From NCBI GenBank assembly GCA_963662655.2, contig CAXXTU010000002.1, positions 3,136,001-3,200,000 of the forward strand: DNA of 64,000 bases, in the 5' to 3' direction. This document shows positions 19,242 through 29,400 of the stretch, in pieces. The notes beneath the pieces are model-generated. The model was not told where the DNA came from, searched no databases, and saw only the letters and a program-made list of their open reading frames with translations. The translations under genes and the position numbers were made by a program. Source of the DNA: Candidatus Cloacimonadales bacterium (GTDB taxonomy: Bacteria; Cloacimonadota; Cloacimonadia; Cloacimonadales; JAIOQZ01). How positions within the stretch are numbered: position 1 is the first letter of the stretch; each line of letters begins with the position of its first letter.

Positions 19242-20387
19242 ATGAAGATTAAAAAATTCGTTGCGCCTTCCATGCAGGCCGCAATCGAGCAGGTGAAGAA
19301 GGAATTCGGTGAGGATGCCATCATCCTCAACACCCGTCAATTGAAGGACAAGGAGAAGATTGACGGGAAAGCCGTGGTGGAAATTACGGCGGCTATCGAC
19401 AAGAAAGAAACGGGTGAAGCCGCGCCGACTCCTTTCCTGGAATCCATGAAGAAGCAAGCCGCGCGACCCATGACGAAGCAAAGCCTTTCCGGCACGCAAT
19501 TCGGGATTCTTCAGAAAGAAATCGATTTTATCAGCGAGCGCCTGGACACCCTGATTGCGCACATCAAATACGAAAACCTCCCGCACATCCCAAAATTGCT
19601 TCAGCAGCGCACGCGAACGTTGATAAAAAACGGCATGCTTCCCTCGCTGGCCAACGAGATGGTGGAGGAAATCCTCCTGAACCTCAAGGGAGAGGAGTTG
19701 ATGGAGGCGGACCGGATCGACGAGAAACTGCTGATAAAAATCAAGAATCGTCTGATGGTCACGGGGCCGGTTCGTTTTCGCGAGGGGACGCCCAGTGTTA
19801 TCGTTGTCGCCGGTCCAACTGGGTGCGGAAAAACAACGACGATCGCCAAGCTGGCTGCGCTCTACAGCTACCAGTACGGGAAGAAAGTCGCGCTTGTCTC
19901 CGTGGACAGCTACCGCATCGCGGCGATGGAGCAGCTCAAGGCCTTCGCGGGGATCGCCCGTATCAAGTTCGTCGAGGCCTACGACCACGACGATCTCCTG
20001 GAGAAGATGAAGAAGCTTGCCCAGTTCGACCTCATCATCGTCGATACGGCTGGAATCAACCCGCGCGACATGAAGAAGATGGTCAACCTGAAGGACACCA
20101 TTCGCATCGCCAAGGCGGATGAGGTTCACCTGGTTCTCAACCTGACCACGAGATTCGAGGATCTGCGCGAGATCGTGAAAAGCTTCAGCATCATCAATTT
20201 CACAGGTATGCTGTTCACGCGGATGGATGAGACGACGATTTTCGGGGATATATACAATCTGGCACTGGAATTCAACAAGCCCATCTCGTACCTGTGCTAC
20301 GGACAGGAAATTCCGGAGGACATCGCCCTGGCGGACCGAAAGGAACTGGCAATGAATATCTTGAGAGGAAAATATGGAGTTCTTTAA
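19242..20387 (+). CDS. flhF: Flagellar biosynthesis SRP-family GTPase FlhF
   Basis: N-terminal MKIKKFVAPSMQAAIEQVKKEFGEDAIIL; GPTGCGKTTT, DSYRIAA, DTAG, TRMDE, GQEIPEDI. Confidence 0.92.
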   Translation: MKIKKFVAPSMQAAIEQVKKEFGEDAIILNTRQLKDKEKIDGKAVVEITAAIDKKETGEAAPTPFLESMKKQAARPMTKQSLSGTQFGILQKEIDFISERLDTLIAHIKYENLPHIPKLLQQRTRTLIKNGMLPSLANEMVEEILLNLKGEELMEADRIDEKLLIKIKNRLMVTGPVRFREGTPSVIVVAGPTGCGKTTTIAKLAALYSYQYGKKVALVSVDSYRIAAMEQLKAFAGIARIKFVEAYDHDDLLEKMKKLAQFDLIIVDTAGINPRDMKKMVNLKDTIRIAKADEVHLVLNLTTRFEDLREIVKSFSIINFTGMLFTRMDETTIFGDIYNLALEFNKPISYLCYGQEIPEDIALADRKELAMNILRGKYGVL

Positions 20388-21186
20388 CGAAGCGAAGAAG
20401 TTGCAGCAACTATCGAAACGTAAACCGGGACAACAAGATGCGCGTCTGATCTGCATCACCAGTGGCAAGGGCGGTGTTGGAAAAAGCAATTTTATCCTAA
20501 ACATGGCGATCGCAATGTCGATAAGAAACAAAAAGGTGTTGCTGATCGATGCGGACATGAACCTGTCCAACCTGGACATTCTGCTGGGCATCTACCCGCA
20601 ATATTCGGTAAGGAATCTGCTGGACGACGTTGTCGATATCGAAAAGATTCTGGTGGAAGGACCGAAGGGTATAAAAATTCTTCCGGCTTCATCCGGCGAT
20701 ATCAACGTGGCAAGGAACGCCAAGCTGATCCAGCAAACGCTGATTCAGGCTTTCAACGAGCTTCGGCCTAAGTTCGATTACATCCTGATCGATACGGGGG
20801 CCGGCGTCAGCGAATATACGATGGATTTCGTGTATAGCTCGGATAAGGTGATCGTGATCTCGACACCGGAACCGACATCGATCACGGACGCGTACGCCAT
20901 GATCAAGATGTTGTTCTACCATAGCCGGAATCCCGATATCTCGGTGGTCATCAACATGACCCAGAGCGAGAAGGAAGGGCAGGTGATCTACGACAAGATC
21001 AGCCAGATCCTGAGCCATTTTCTCAATAAACAGGTAAGGTTCCTGGGCAGCATTATGGTGGATAAAAACCTGCCGGATGCCGTGAAAGACCAGACGCCGG
21101 TGATCCTCAAACACCCGCGCGCCTCGTCCTCGGCAGCCATCCACAATATCGCTGTGCAGATACTGAAAGAGGACAAAAGGGAATGA
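20374..21186 (+). CDS. flhG: MinD/ParA-family ATPase FlhG (FleN)
   Basis: SGKGGVGKS, DADMNLSN, IDTGAG, TPEPTSITDAY. Overlaps the end of flhF. Confidence 0.9.
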   Translation: MEFFNEAKKLQQLSKRKPGQQDARLICITSGKGGVGKSNFILNMAIAMSIRNKKVLLIDADMNLSNLDILLGIYPQYSVRNLLDDVVDIEKILVEGPKGIKILPASSGDINVARNAKLIQQTLIQAFNELRPKFDYILIDTGAGVSEYTMDFVYSSDKVIVISTPEPTSITDAYAMIKMLFYHSRNPDISVVINMTQSEKEGQVIYDKISQILSHFLNKQVRFLGSIMVDKNLPDAVKDQTPVILKHPRASSSAAIHNIAVQILKEDKRE

Positions 21187-21461
21187 TAGCAAAAATCAAG
21201 CTGAGAGCTTTCATACGAGGGATCTCTCTCATTATGCTTTTCATTACCTTTTTCAACAACTACCTCTTCTTCCACGCCCAACTACTCGAGGCTCTCCTGC
21301 GGGGCCTTATCACGTATGTCGTCACCTCTCTTGTTCTCCACGCAATCATTTTCGTCTGGCGTTTCGCCTTCAGCCCCTCCGAGTGGAAACTGATCATCGA
21401 AGGCGAGAAGTCCAATACCCGTCAGGAGATATTTGGAGCGGAAGAAAGCGCCTCCAAATAA
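21183..21461 (+). CDS. Small hypothetical membrane protein (2 predicted TM segments)
   Basis: ATGA overlap with flhG; two hydrophobic stretches. Confidence 0.7.
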   Translation: MIAKIKLRAFIRGISLIMLFITFFNNYLFFHAQLLEALLRGLITYVVTSLVLHAIIFVWRFAFSPSEWKLIIEGEKSNTRQEIFGAEESASK

Positions 21462-21831
21462 TTGAATACCCCTCACTGTTATTATAAATTCATAATATTG
21501 GCATTCGTTTTTATCAATTCTAATAATTTGCTTTTCTGAAGAAAATACTTCCGATTCAATTAAGAAATGTTTTGACAACTTATTGATGAAATCTCTTCTT
21601 TGCCATACATAATATGGCAGTCTTTACGGTTAGTCTGTCGATGTATGTTCGGTTAGAGTATTTGATTTACTTGCGTTTATGGCGATATGCCTGACAACGC
21701 TTCAGTAAATCTGCCCCAAGCCGGTGATATCGGCTCATGCTCTTCTGTAGCGATGTGGAGCGGGTGTCTCGTATTGGGGTTTTCACGTCATTAGGTCTTT
21801 TACTCGGTTAGTTAGTATCATGGAGGAATTA

Positions 21832-24078
21832 ATGAAAAGAATTTCTTTCACAGCAGTTGCCCTGCTGATTTTCAGCACTCTCTTCTGTTCAATTCTCGAA
21901 GTCGGCGACACGTATTCCTTTCTCAACATCTCCGATGCGCTTCGCGTAGCACAATCGGGCGATATCATACGTGTTCACGATGGAATCTATCAGGAGGCAT
22001 TGACAATTGACAAGAGCGTCACGATACTCAGCGATTTTTATTATGACAGCGATCCTTCTCATATCGAGGATACCGTCATCAATAACACGACTGAGGATCA
22101 GGCGATTCTGTTCGATACCAATGATCTCGATGTGAACGTTTTCATCGCCGGTTTTTCGGTTACGGGAAAGAACAGTGCGATTAAGATCGGCCAAAACAGT
22201 GGAATCGACGCAAAGATTTATTACTGTAATCTTTATGCGCAAGCCACCAGCGGAGCTGAAGTAGTCAGCGCGAAATATTCAACGTCACTTGATATCAGAA
22301 ACACACGGATTATTGGCGCAGACGGCTTTGGAATCAATGCGAACGGCGCGGATGTGACCATCCAGAAATGCGAAATTACTGGAATTTCAAGCTCCGCCGT
22401 ATGGTTCAACGGTCAGGATGTTGCAAGCCTTGTTGTCAAGAAAACCGTACTTGCCAACAACGGTTCCGGTATCGATCTCCGCCTTTCGGAAGAGCCGGTT
22501 GTCCTGGATCATTGTACCATCGCCAACAACTCAACGGGTATTCGTCTCTTCTCGGGCGATCTCACGGTTAACAATTCCATTATTTACGGAAACAACACAC
22601 AGATTCATCATGTTGACGGTAACTATACGGTCACGTATTCCGATGTGCAGGATGGTTGTAGCGGTGAAGGCAACATTAATGCGAATCCGCTCTTCGACCC
22701 GGATGGAAACGGAACCTTCGATCTCCGCTGGAACGCAGACGGGAAGAGCCCTTGTATCGACGCAGGCGACTGGTCGACAACCGCTGATCAGGATGGAACG
22801 CCTCCTGATATGGGCGCATATCCGGCGGTTTCTCATCGCTACGACGTTTGGGGCTTCCCACGCAAGGATCAAAACAACGGCTGGCGCTGGTTCTGTGTTC
22901 CCGCCGTCGATAACGTTCTGACCAATCCTGCATTGAATAGCGCTGACGCGCTTTTCGGCGGCATGATCGAAGCAAACATTCTGGACCATGTTTCATGGTC
23001 GACCAGCGACACTGAAGGTAACATCAGCCTGCTGAACAACGAATGGACAAACCTCGATCACGTTGTTTCCCCTGTTCAGGGCTACAAGATCAAGATGAAC
23101 GAGAATGCCGCTCTGAATTACTATATTGAAGTTGCTGGATTCAATCCGGCCTTCGATACCGTTATTCCGCTAAGCGCAAACGAAGATAATTGGGTAGGTT
23201 ACTTCCTCCCGGAAACGCGTCTGGCGATTGACCTTTTCGATAGCATCAAGGACAATATTAAGTACATCAAGGCGCAGCGCTGGGCGCTAAGCCGCGTTAA
23301 TGGCGACTGGATTGGCGATAAGGACGTTTCGCTGGACTACGGCGACATGGTCATCATATCGGTCAATCAATCGTGCAATTTCCAATGGGATACGAGCGCT
23401 CAGATTACCGAGCCTGAAAACTACCCGTTCCCGGAATTCTTTACGTATGAAGAAAAAGCAGAATACATTCCCTTCTTCGTTGAATACACTCCGGAATTCC
23501 AGAACGAAGAGATCGCTGTAGTCATCGACGGCGAGGTAAAGGGAGCTTCCGTTGTTTTCGGAAGTATCACCCAGATCAATGGGTATTTAGATGACGATGA
23601 AGATGGATATGAGGGAGGTTCACACATGGGAGAAGTTGATTTCATTATCTGGTGTCCACCGGTTCGTGGAACAAAAGCCGTAAACGATTACTATGTTTAC
23701 GATGAATCATTGAGCCGTGTAGTACCTGGCAAGGTTAACATGGATTTAAATCGCGATTACTACTATGTTTCCTTCGATAAGGAATCCGTGATCGACGCAC
23801 CGCCTGCCATGGATCTATCGCATTATCCCAATCCCTTCAATCCTGAAACGACGATCCGCTACACGATCGATCATCAAGATCACGTGACCGTGGACGTATA
23901 CAACGTTAAAGGCCAGAAAGTGCGTTCACTCGTCAGTGGAACACAGTCTGAAGGCTATCATCAGGTTACCTGGCGCGGAAACGATGAAAACGGCAAGCCC
24001 GTATCGTCCGGTATCTATTTCTGCCGCCTGAAATCAGGCAACCAGACAATGATTCGCAAAATGATGCTGATGAAATAA
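21832..24078 (+). CDS. Secreted right-handed beta-helix protein with a FlgD-type (T9SS type A-like) C-terminal domain
   Basis: Signal peptide; beta-helix repeats, YSDVQ...NINANPLF...SPCIDAG; CTD YPNPFNPETTI...YNVKGQKV...SGIYFCRL...KMMLMK. GGAGG RBS before 21832. Confidence 0.85.
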   Translation: MKRISFTAVALLIFSTLFCSILEVGDTYSFLNISDALRVAQSGDIIRVHDGIYQEALTIDKSVTILSDFYYDSDPSHIEDTVINNTTEDQAILFDTNDLDVNVFIAGFSVTGKNSAIKIGQNSGIDAKIYYCNLYAQATSGAEVVSAKYSTSLDIRNTRIIGADGFGINANGADVTIQKCEITGISSSAVWFNGQDVASLVVKKTVLANNGSGIDLRLSEEPVVLDHCTIANNSTGIRLFSGDLTVNNSIIYGNNTQIHHVDGNYTVTYSDVQDGCSGEGNINANPLFDPDGNGTFDLRWNADGKSPCIDAGDWSTTADQDGTPPDMGAYPAVSHRYDVWGFPRKDQNNGWRWFCVPAVDNVLTNPALNSADALFGGMIEANILDHVSWSTSDTEGNISLLNNEWTNLDHVVSPVQGYKIKMNENAALNYYIEVAGFNPAFDTVIPLSANEDNWVGYFLPETRLAIDLFDSIKDNIKYIKAQRWALSRVNGDWIGDKDVSLDYGDMVIISVNQSCNFQWDTSAQITEPENYPFPEFFTYEEKAEYIPFFVEYTPEFQNEEIAVVIDGEVKGASVVFGSITQINGYLDDDEDGYEGGSHMGEVDFIIWCPPVRGTKAVNDYYVYDESLSRVVPGKVNMDLNRDYYYVSFDKESVIDAPPAMDLSHYPNPFNPETTIRYTIDHQDHVTVDVYNVKGQKVRSLVSGTQSEGYHQVTWRGNDENGKPVSSGIYFCRLKSGNQTMIRKMMLMK

Positions 24079-24082
24079 CAAC

Positions 24083-24273
24083 TTTCGGCTTTCGCGGAGC
24101 GAAAACGAAAGCTTCGAACGTAAGCCTTTCGCAGAGCGAAATGCGTAAGTGGATAATTTTCCGGCAGTCAGGAATGGCTGCCGGATTCTTCTTTCGGCTT
24201 TCGCGGAGCGAAAACGAAAGTTTGCCGTAAGCACGTAAGTGCTGGAGTCGGCTTTCGCGGAGCGAAAACGAAA
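24083..24273. repeat. Three copies of the family B core motif TCGGCTTTCGCGGAGCGAAAACGAAA (REP-like cluster)
   Basis: Copies at 24083-24110, 24192-24219 and 24248-24273. The first ~75 bp match the reverse complement of the centre of 14706-14893. Confidence 0.85.
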
Positions 24274-24281
24274 ATATAATG

Positions 24282-24318
24282 AAACCCCTTTGCGAAATCC
24301 GCGAAGGGGTTTTTTGTT
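24282..24318 (+). terminator. Rho-independent terminator
   Basis: AAACCCCTTTGCG-aaatc-CGCGAAGGGGTTT stem followed by a T-rich tract. Confidence 0.75.
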
Positions 24319-24477
24319 GAACTGTTTGAAATTTATTGACATAAGATTTCCGGATTGATAAATTATAATTGTAGGATATGTCTTGTGAGGGTAATGTGGA
24401 ACAATTTGCGATATGCCTGTATTGCCCTCTATTTTTTGGATACTGGAGAAGGCTTTGTACGAGAGTGAGGAGGGTTT

Positions 24478-26013
24478 ATGAAGCTGAGAATGTATGTCGA
24501 GATATGTCTTGTGGCGATTCTTTTCCTGATGCCGGCGCTTCTGTTTTCTGAAATCCAATATGAACTGAGTCATCTAGAAACAACGATTCTTGACGAGCCG
24601 TATCAATTCGTACACCGGATTGGAGACAGCGCGCTGCGATTCTACACACTGGAAGTCACTTCCGATTCGATTTTCGTGAGGAGCTTCACGTTTGACGAGG
24701 ACGGGATTGTGGGCACAACGCAGACGATGTTGCAGGTGGAAAATCGATACGGTTATTCACTGTACTACGACAATTATCACTATTTCCAGATGGGTGAGAT
24801 CGTGCATGTTTGCTGCGCTTGTGACAATGTCCTGCTGATCTTCTCGTTCGATGAGAATGAATACCTGCAAACATACGAGCTCAATCTTACGGCCTATAAT
24901 AATTTATCGATCTGGTATGGCGGACTCACACTGTGGGACGAGTTCACCTTTTTGTATATTGCCGATTACTCCATCTACAGTGTCGACATTCAAAACGATG
25001 TAACCGAGACGATCGACACGTTCACGGAGTGGGACGAGATCACGATCTATCCGCTGGGACAGGAGTACCTCCTTGCCGGCAGGTCCGGTTTTATCTGGAT
25101 GCTCTACGATTCCGATTTCAACCTGCTTCAGGAGATAACCGAAGAGGACATCCCGGATATTAATGGAGCTATGTTCACTCGGGGGTTACCGGCGTTTGCA
25201 ATCGGAGGAGGCTATATAATCTCCTTGCAGAACATGATCATGTACGATCACACCGATTACGTGTGGGTCGAGAATGGGAACGAATTGCATTTTGATTCAG
25301 CTTTCTTCGACGACCCCGATGGGTACAACTATCGAAACAATTTCGTTGCGGTCGATGATCGGAAATTTCTCTATCTCGAGTCGTTGTGGGGCTCGAATGT
25401 CATTACCAGCAGGACGATTGACAACCATGAGATGGAATATGCCGGGTATCATGTTGACGGCGGCTACACGCTCACCGCGATGATGAACATGTGCATCGCG
25501 TCGCTTATATGCACGGATGCCGGCAACGAGGTGCATGTATACGATTTCGTGAGCGAGCGTGATTTCACGTTTGCGTGCCCGGAAATTCCGGTGCCGTCCG
25601 ACGTGTGTTGGAACAGCTACGCGTTCGACCATGTTCTGATGCTCGAACGCGTTCCTACCAGCGGGAGTTCGAGAACGATTTATCGTTATGAGCTCGATTA
25701 CTACTATCCAACGGATGATGGGGAGGTTACTCCGGTCGAATTAGCGCTAAGCTGCTATCCTAATCCGTTCAACCCGACGACGACGTTTCGCTTCACGTTA
25801 CCGATGGATGGTCATGTCGAGATAACCGTTTACAATGCGAAGGGGCAGCTTGTACGGAGGCTGGCGAACGATCGCTTCGAGAGCGGCGAGAGCCAGGTCG
25901 TGTGGTCGGGAGACGACAGTACAGGTATAACCGTGGCTTCGGGCGTTTACTTCTACCGCATGAAGCTTGACGGCAAGCCGTTCGGAACCGGCAAGATGCT
26001 GTTGATGAAATAG
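24478..26013 (+). CDS. Secreted protein with a FlgD-type C-terminal domain; N-terminal function unknown
   Basis: Signal peptide; CTD YPNPFNPTTTF...YNAKGQLV...SGVYFYRM...KMLLMK. Confidence 0.85.
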   Translation: MKLRMYVEICLVAILFLMPALLFSEIQYELSHLETTILDEPYQFVHRIGDSALRFYTLEVTSDSIFVRSFTFDEDGIVGTTQTMLQVENRYGYSLYYDNYHYFQMGEIVHVCCACDNVLLIFSFDENEYLQTYELNLTAYNNLSIWYGGLTLWDEFTFLYIADYSIYSVDIQNDVTETIDTFTEWDEITIYPLGQEYLLAGRSGFIWMLYDSDFNLLQEITEEDIPDINGAMFTRGLPAFAIGGGYIISLQNMIMYDHTDYVWVENGNELHFDSAFFDDPDGYNYRNNFVAVDDRKFLYLESLWGSNVITSRTIDNHEMEYAGYHVDGGYTLTAMMNMCIASLICTDAGNEVHVYDFVSERDFTFACPEIPVPSDVCWNSYAFDHVLMLERVPTSGSSRTIYRYELDYYYPTDDGEVTPVELALSCYPNPFNPTTTFRFTLPMDGHVEITVYNAKGQLVRRLANDRFESGESQVVWSGDDSTGITVASGVYFYRMKLDGKPFGTGKMLLMK

Positions 26014-26033
26014 GTTTTCTCAATTTTCATGCG

Positions 26034-26067
26034 AAAATCCTCCAGGAACCTGGAGGATTTTTTCTTT
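26034..26067 (+). terminator. Rho-independent terminator
   Basis: AAAATCCTCCAGG-aa-CCTGGAGGATTTT followed by TTCTTT. Confidence 0.8.
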
Positions 26068-26103
26068 GAGGCGGTTGTGCGACTTTCGTTGTTCGCGATC
26101 CCC

Positions 26104-26226
26104 GCGCGGCGGCGGCGTGGTAATCCGGATGTTTCACACCCGACTTACCGGCCCCTCCCTGTTTTTTCTCTGCCGCAGAAAAAACAGGGAGGGGCTGTGC
26201 GCGGAGCGCACACGCCGCCGCCGCGC
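26104..26226. repeat. Structured intergenic element, family A (four-way junction), copy 2 (inverted)
   Basis: Outer stem GCGCGGCGGCGGCGT/ACGCCGCCGCCGCGC encloses three helices, including GTGCGC-gga-GCGCAC. Confidence 0.75.
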
Positions 26227-26426
26227 TGAGCCGGGCAACACCCCTAAGAATCCCATTTTCCCCGTTTAAAATGAACTGTGTCTCGTTCATGTAGTGTGTA
26301 ATGCAGAAACTATTTGACAGTATTCACTTTTTTCGGAATGAGTTTTGCCTTATAATATGTACGAGAGAAGAGAGATTTAAATTAAGATATGCAATAAAAT
26401 CATTGAGTTGAGAGTGAGGAGGATCC

Positions 26427-29400
26427 ATGAGACGATTTATCGTCCTGGCGCTGTTACTTGCGCCAATACTTGTACTTGCGAATGTTCAGCTTGAACTTCA
26501 GTTTGACCGTCCATTATTGAGGGGAGCGCATTTTGAGGATGTAACCGCTCGCATGAAAGAAGCGGGGAGTCCGGAATTACCGTACGAAACTGTTCGTATA
26601 TTGTTACCATTCGGACACCGGGTCGAGACCGTCGATGTTACATTCGGCACCGAAAACACGATTGATAACGCGAATATCGACTACGCTCCGCTGCAACAGC
26701 CGACTTCCGCAACGAATCCGCAGTACGCGACGAAGAACGTCAACGTCTACAGTGCGGACGCTGATTTCCCGGGATATACGTATAAGAACCTGGGTGTCCA
26801 GAGGATGAATGGACACGACATTCTGCTGTTGAACATCTACCCCTACCAATACAATCCGGTGCGGAAAACCCTGACATGGTTTTCCGGTGCTGATATCGAT
26901 GTCGAGACAACCGAAGACAATACACTTCGTGAAGAGCAAAATCGTTTTCTCGTGCAGTCGAATAGGGTTGAAGCGAATGTCAGCAGAGTTGTAAACAACC
27001 CTCAGGAACTTAACAGCTACACCAAGACGCATTCGAGCCGCATGGCCGGATCGCGAGATCCCGAAGGCCCGTTCACCATGATCATCATTACGGACTCCGC
27101 TCGTGAGCCGTTCTGGGGAGATTTCATGGCGTGGAAGACCGGTCACGGTATCTCGAACGGCCTGTTTCTGGTCGAAGATATCTACGCCGAGTACGATGGT
27201 GTGGATAACGCGGAGAAGGTCAGGAATTTCATTATCGACGCCTATACGACCTACGCGGAAACCGATACGCCTCTCGAATACGTGCTTCTTGGCGGCGACG
27301 ACGAGATTTGCCCTGAGCGTGGTTGCTACGGGCAGGTCGGCGGAACGATCGATCTGCGAATTCCGACCGACATGTATTTCGGAAGCCTCGATGGCGGGTG
27401 GAACGACAACGGCAACTCGGTGTGGGGCGAATTGGCGGATAATCCGGACCTCCTTCCCGATGTGGCTGTGGGACGTATCTCCGCAGAATCCGAGACCGAG
27501 TTCAATAACGTTTTCAACAAGACCTACTACTACACGGATCAATCCACATACAGCAACGATAAAGCCCTGATGCTGGGCGAGAATCTCAATACCAATCCCA
27601 TGACCTGGGGCGGTGATTACAAAGACGAAGTCTCACCGATATTGCCGGATGCGTTTTACATCGAAACACGCTACGAACGGGATGGGACTTTTTCGACCCA
27701 ATCGGTCATTCAGGCAATCAATGAAGGCGTTGGCATCATCAACCACATGGGCCACTCTAACGAATCTTACAACATGGGGCTTTCGAATAGCAACGTTCCA
27801 TCGCTCGTGAACACAGAGTATGGTTTCGCCTACTCGCAAGGGTGCTATCCGGCAGCGTTCGATCAACGGACCAGCCAGGACGGAGAATGTATCGCGGAGA
27901 ATCTGACGAACTCGGCGCACGGTCTTTTTGCCTACGTTGGCAATACCCGTTACGGCTGGTACGCTCCAGGAAGCGTATGGGGTGCATCCGAATTCTTTGA
28001 TATCTCATTCTTCGAGGGCCTGTTCGAACAGAATATCCGTTCTCTCGGGCAAGCGCTCGATTACTCCAAGATCGAACTGGTGAACGAAGCCGCTCAGGGC
28101 GGCGTCATGCTCTGGATATACTACGAAATGATCGTCATGGGCGATCCCAGCGTGCAAGTGAAAGACGCGACAGGCCTTTTCCCGTACGTGACGGTTGGCG
28201 AGGTCTCCGTTGAAGAGATCGAAGGCGATGGCGACGGTTTCATCAACCCGGGCGAAACCGTGTACATTTACGTCGAGCTTACAAACAACGTTGGATGGGC
28301 CGATGCGAGTCAGGTAAATGCAACGATCTCGTTCGAGGACGAAACGATTATCATTGATCATGGCACTTCCGATTATGGCGCGATTGCCAGCGGCGTATCG
28401 GTAACCAACCTGATTGATCCGTTCCAGATATCCGTTCCGGCAGAGAATGGATTTGCCGACATCAACTACACGGTTGAAGTGACCGCGTCGTCAGGATCAC
28501 AGACATACGTGAACAGCTTCGACAGGAGCTTCTCGGTCAGCATGTTCCAAAGCAACTGGCCGTGGGCCGGCGGTTTCGATTTCAAATCGGCTCCGATTCC
28601 CTATGATCTGAACGACGACGGCGTGAAGGAGATCATTGCACTTTCCGACGAAGCGGAAATCATCGCGCTTGGAATCGATGCGTCGATGGTCGATGGCTAT
28701 CCGGTAATCAACAACGAACGTATCTGGAGAAGCGCCGCGTTTGAAGATATGAACGACGATGGAGTTCCGGATATCGTTTATGTAAGCCGTCTAGGTAAGA
28801 TCGGAGCCTACAATCTGGATGGCTCAACGATATTCTCCATCGACAATGTTGCTGAGCAGCTTCAGACGCCGGTTGTCGCGGACATCGACGGTGACGATCG
28901 GTGGGAAGTCGTATCTTTGGGTATAGACGGTTATCTGCATGCAATCGACACCACTGGAGAAGAGAAAACCGGATTCCCCATCGAACTGGAACCCACCCTC
29001 GCCGAAATCGCCGCCGCAGATATGGATGGCGATGGTTTGGACGAGGTCATTGTCGGCACTACGTACGGAAATCTCTTTGTTTTACGCAGTGACGGCTCGA
29101 ATTTCTCATCCTATCCGATCTCTTTGGGTGCCGCAATTGTGGGAGCGCCAATTGTATTGCCCGACATGAGCATCATTGTCGGAACACAGGATAACAAATT
29201 GTTCAGGCTTTCTCCTTCCGGCACAACCATACTGGAAATGGAACTTAACGGAAGGGTCGCCAATTCCGCGATCGTTGCGGATTTCGACAACGATCTGGTT
29301 TTGGAGTTGGCCTTTACGACTCACAATGGTTACATCTACATCATCGAGATGGACGGGACGATTCTGGACGGTTTCCCGATCGATACTGGCAGTACGTTCC

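Noticed and set aside
24083..24273. Possible mini CRISPR array (three ~27-bp palindromic repeats)
   Set aside because: The spacers are unequal (about 81 and 28 bp) and self-structured, no cas genes are in the window, and the same motif occurs inside dispersed 188-bp elements.
24034..24573. 179-aa minus-strand ORF with FRFRSAKA repeats
   Set aside because: It is a translation of the REP-like repeats and overlaps neighbouring genes.
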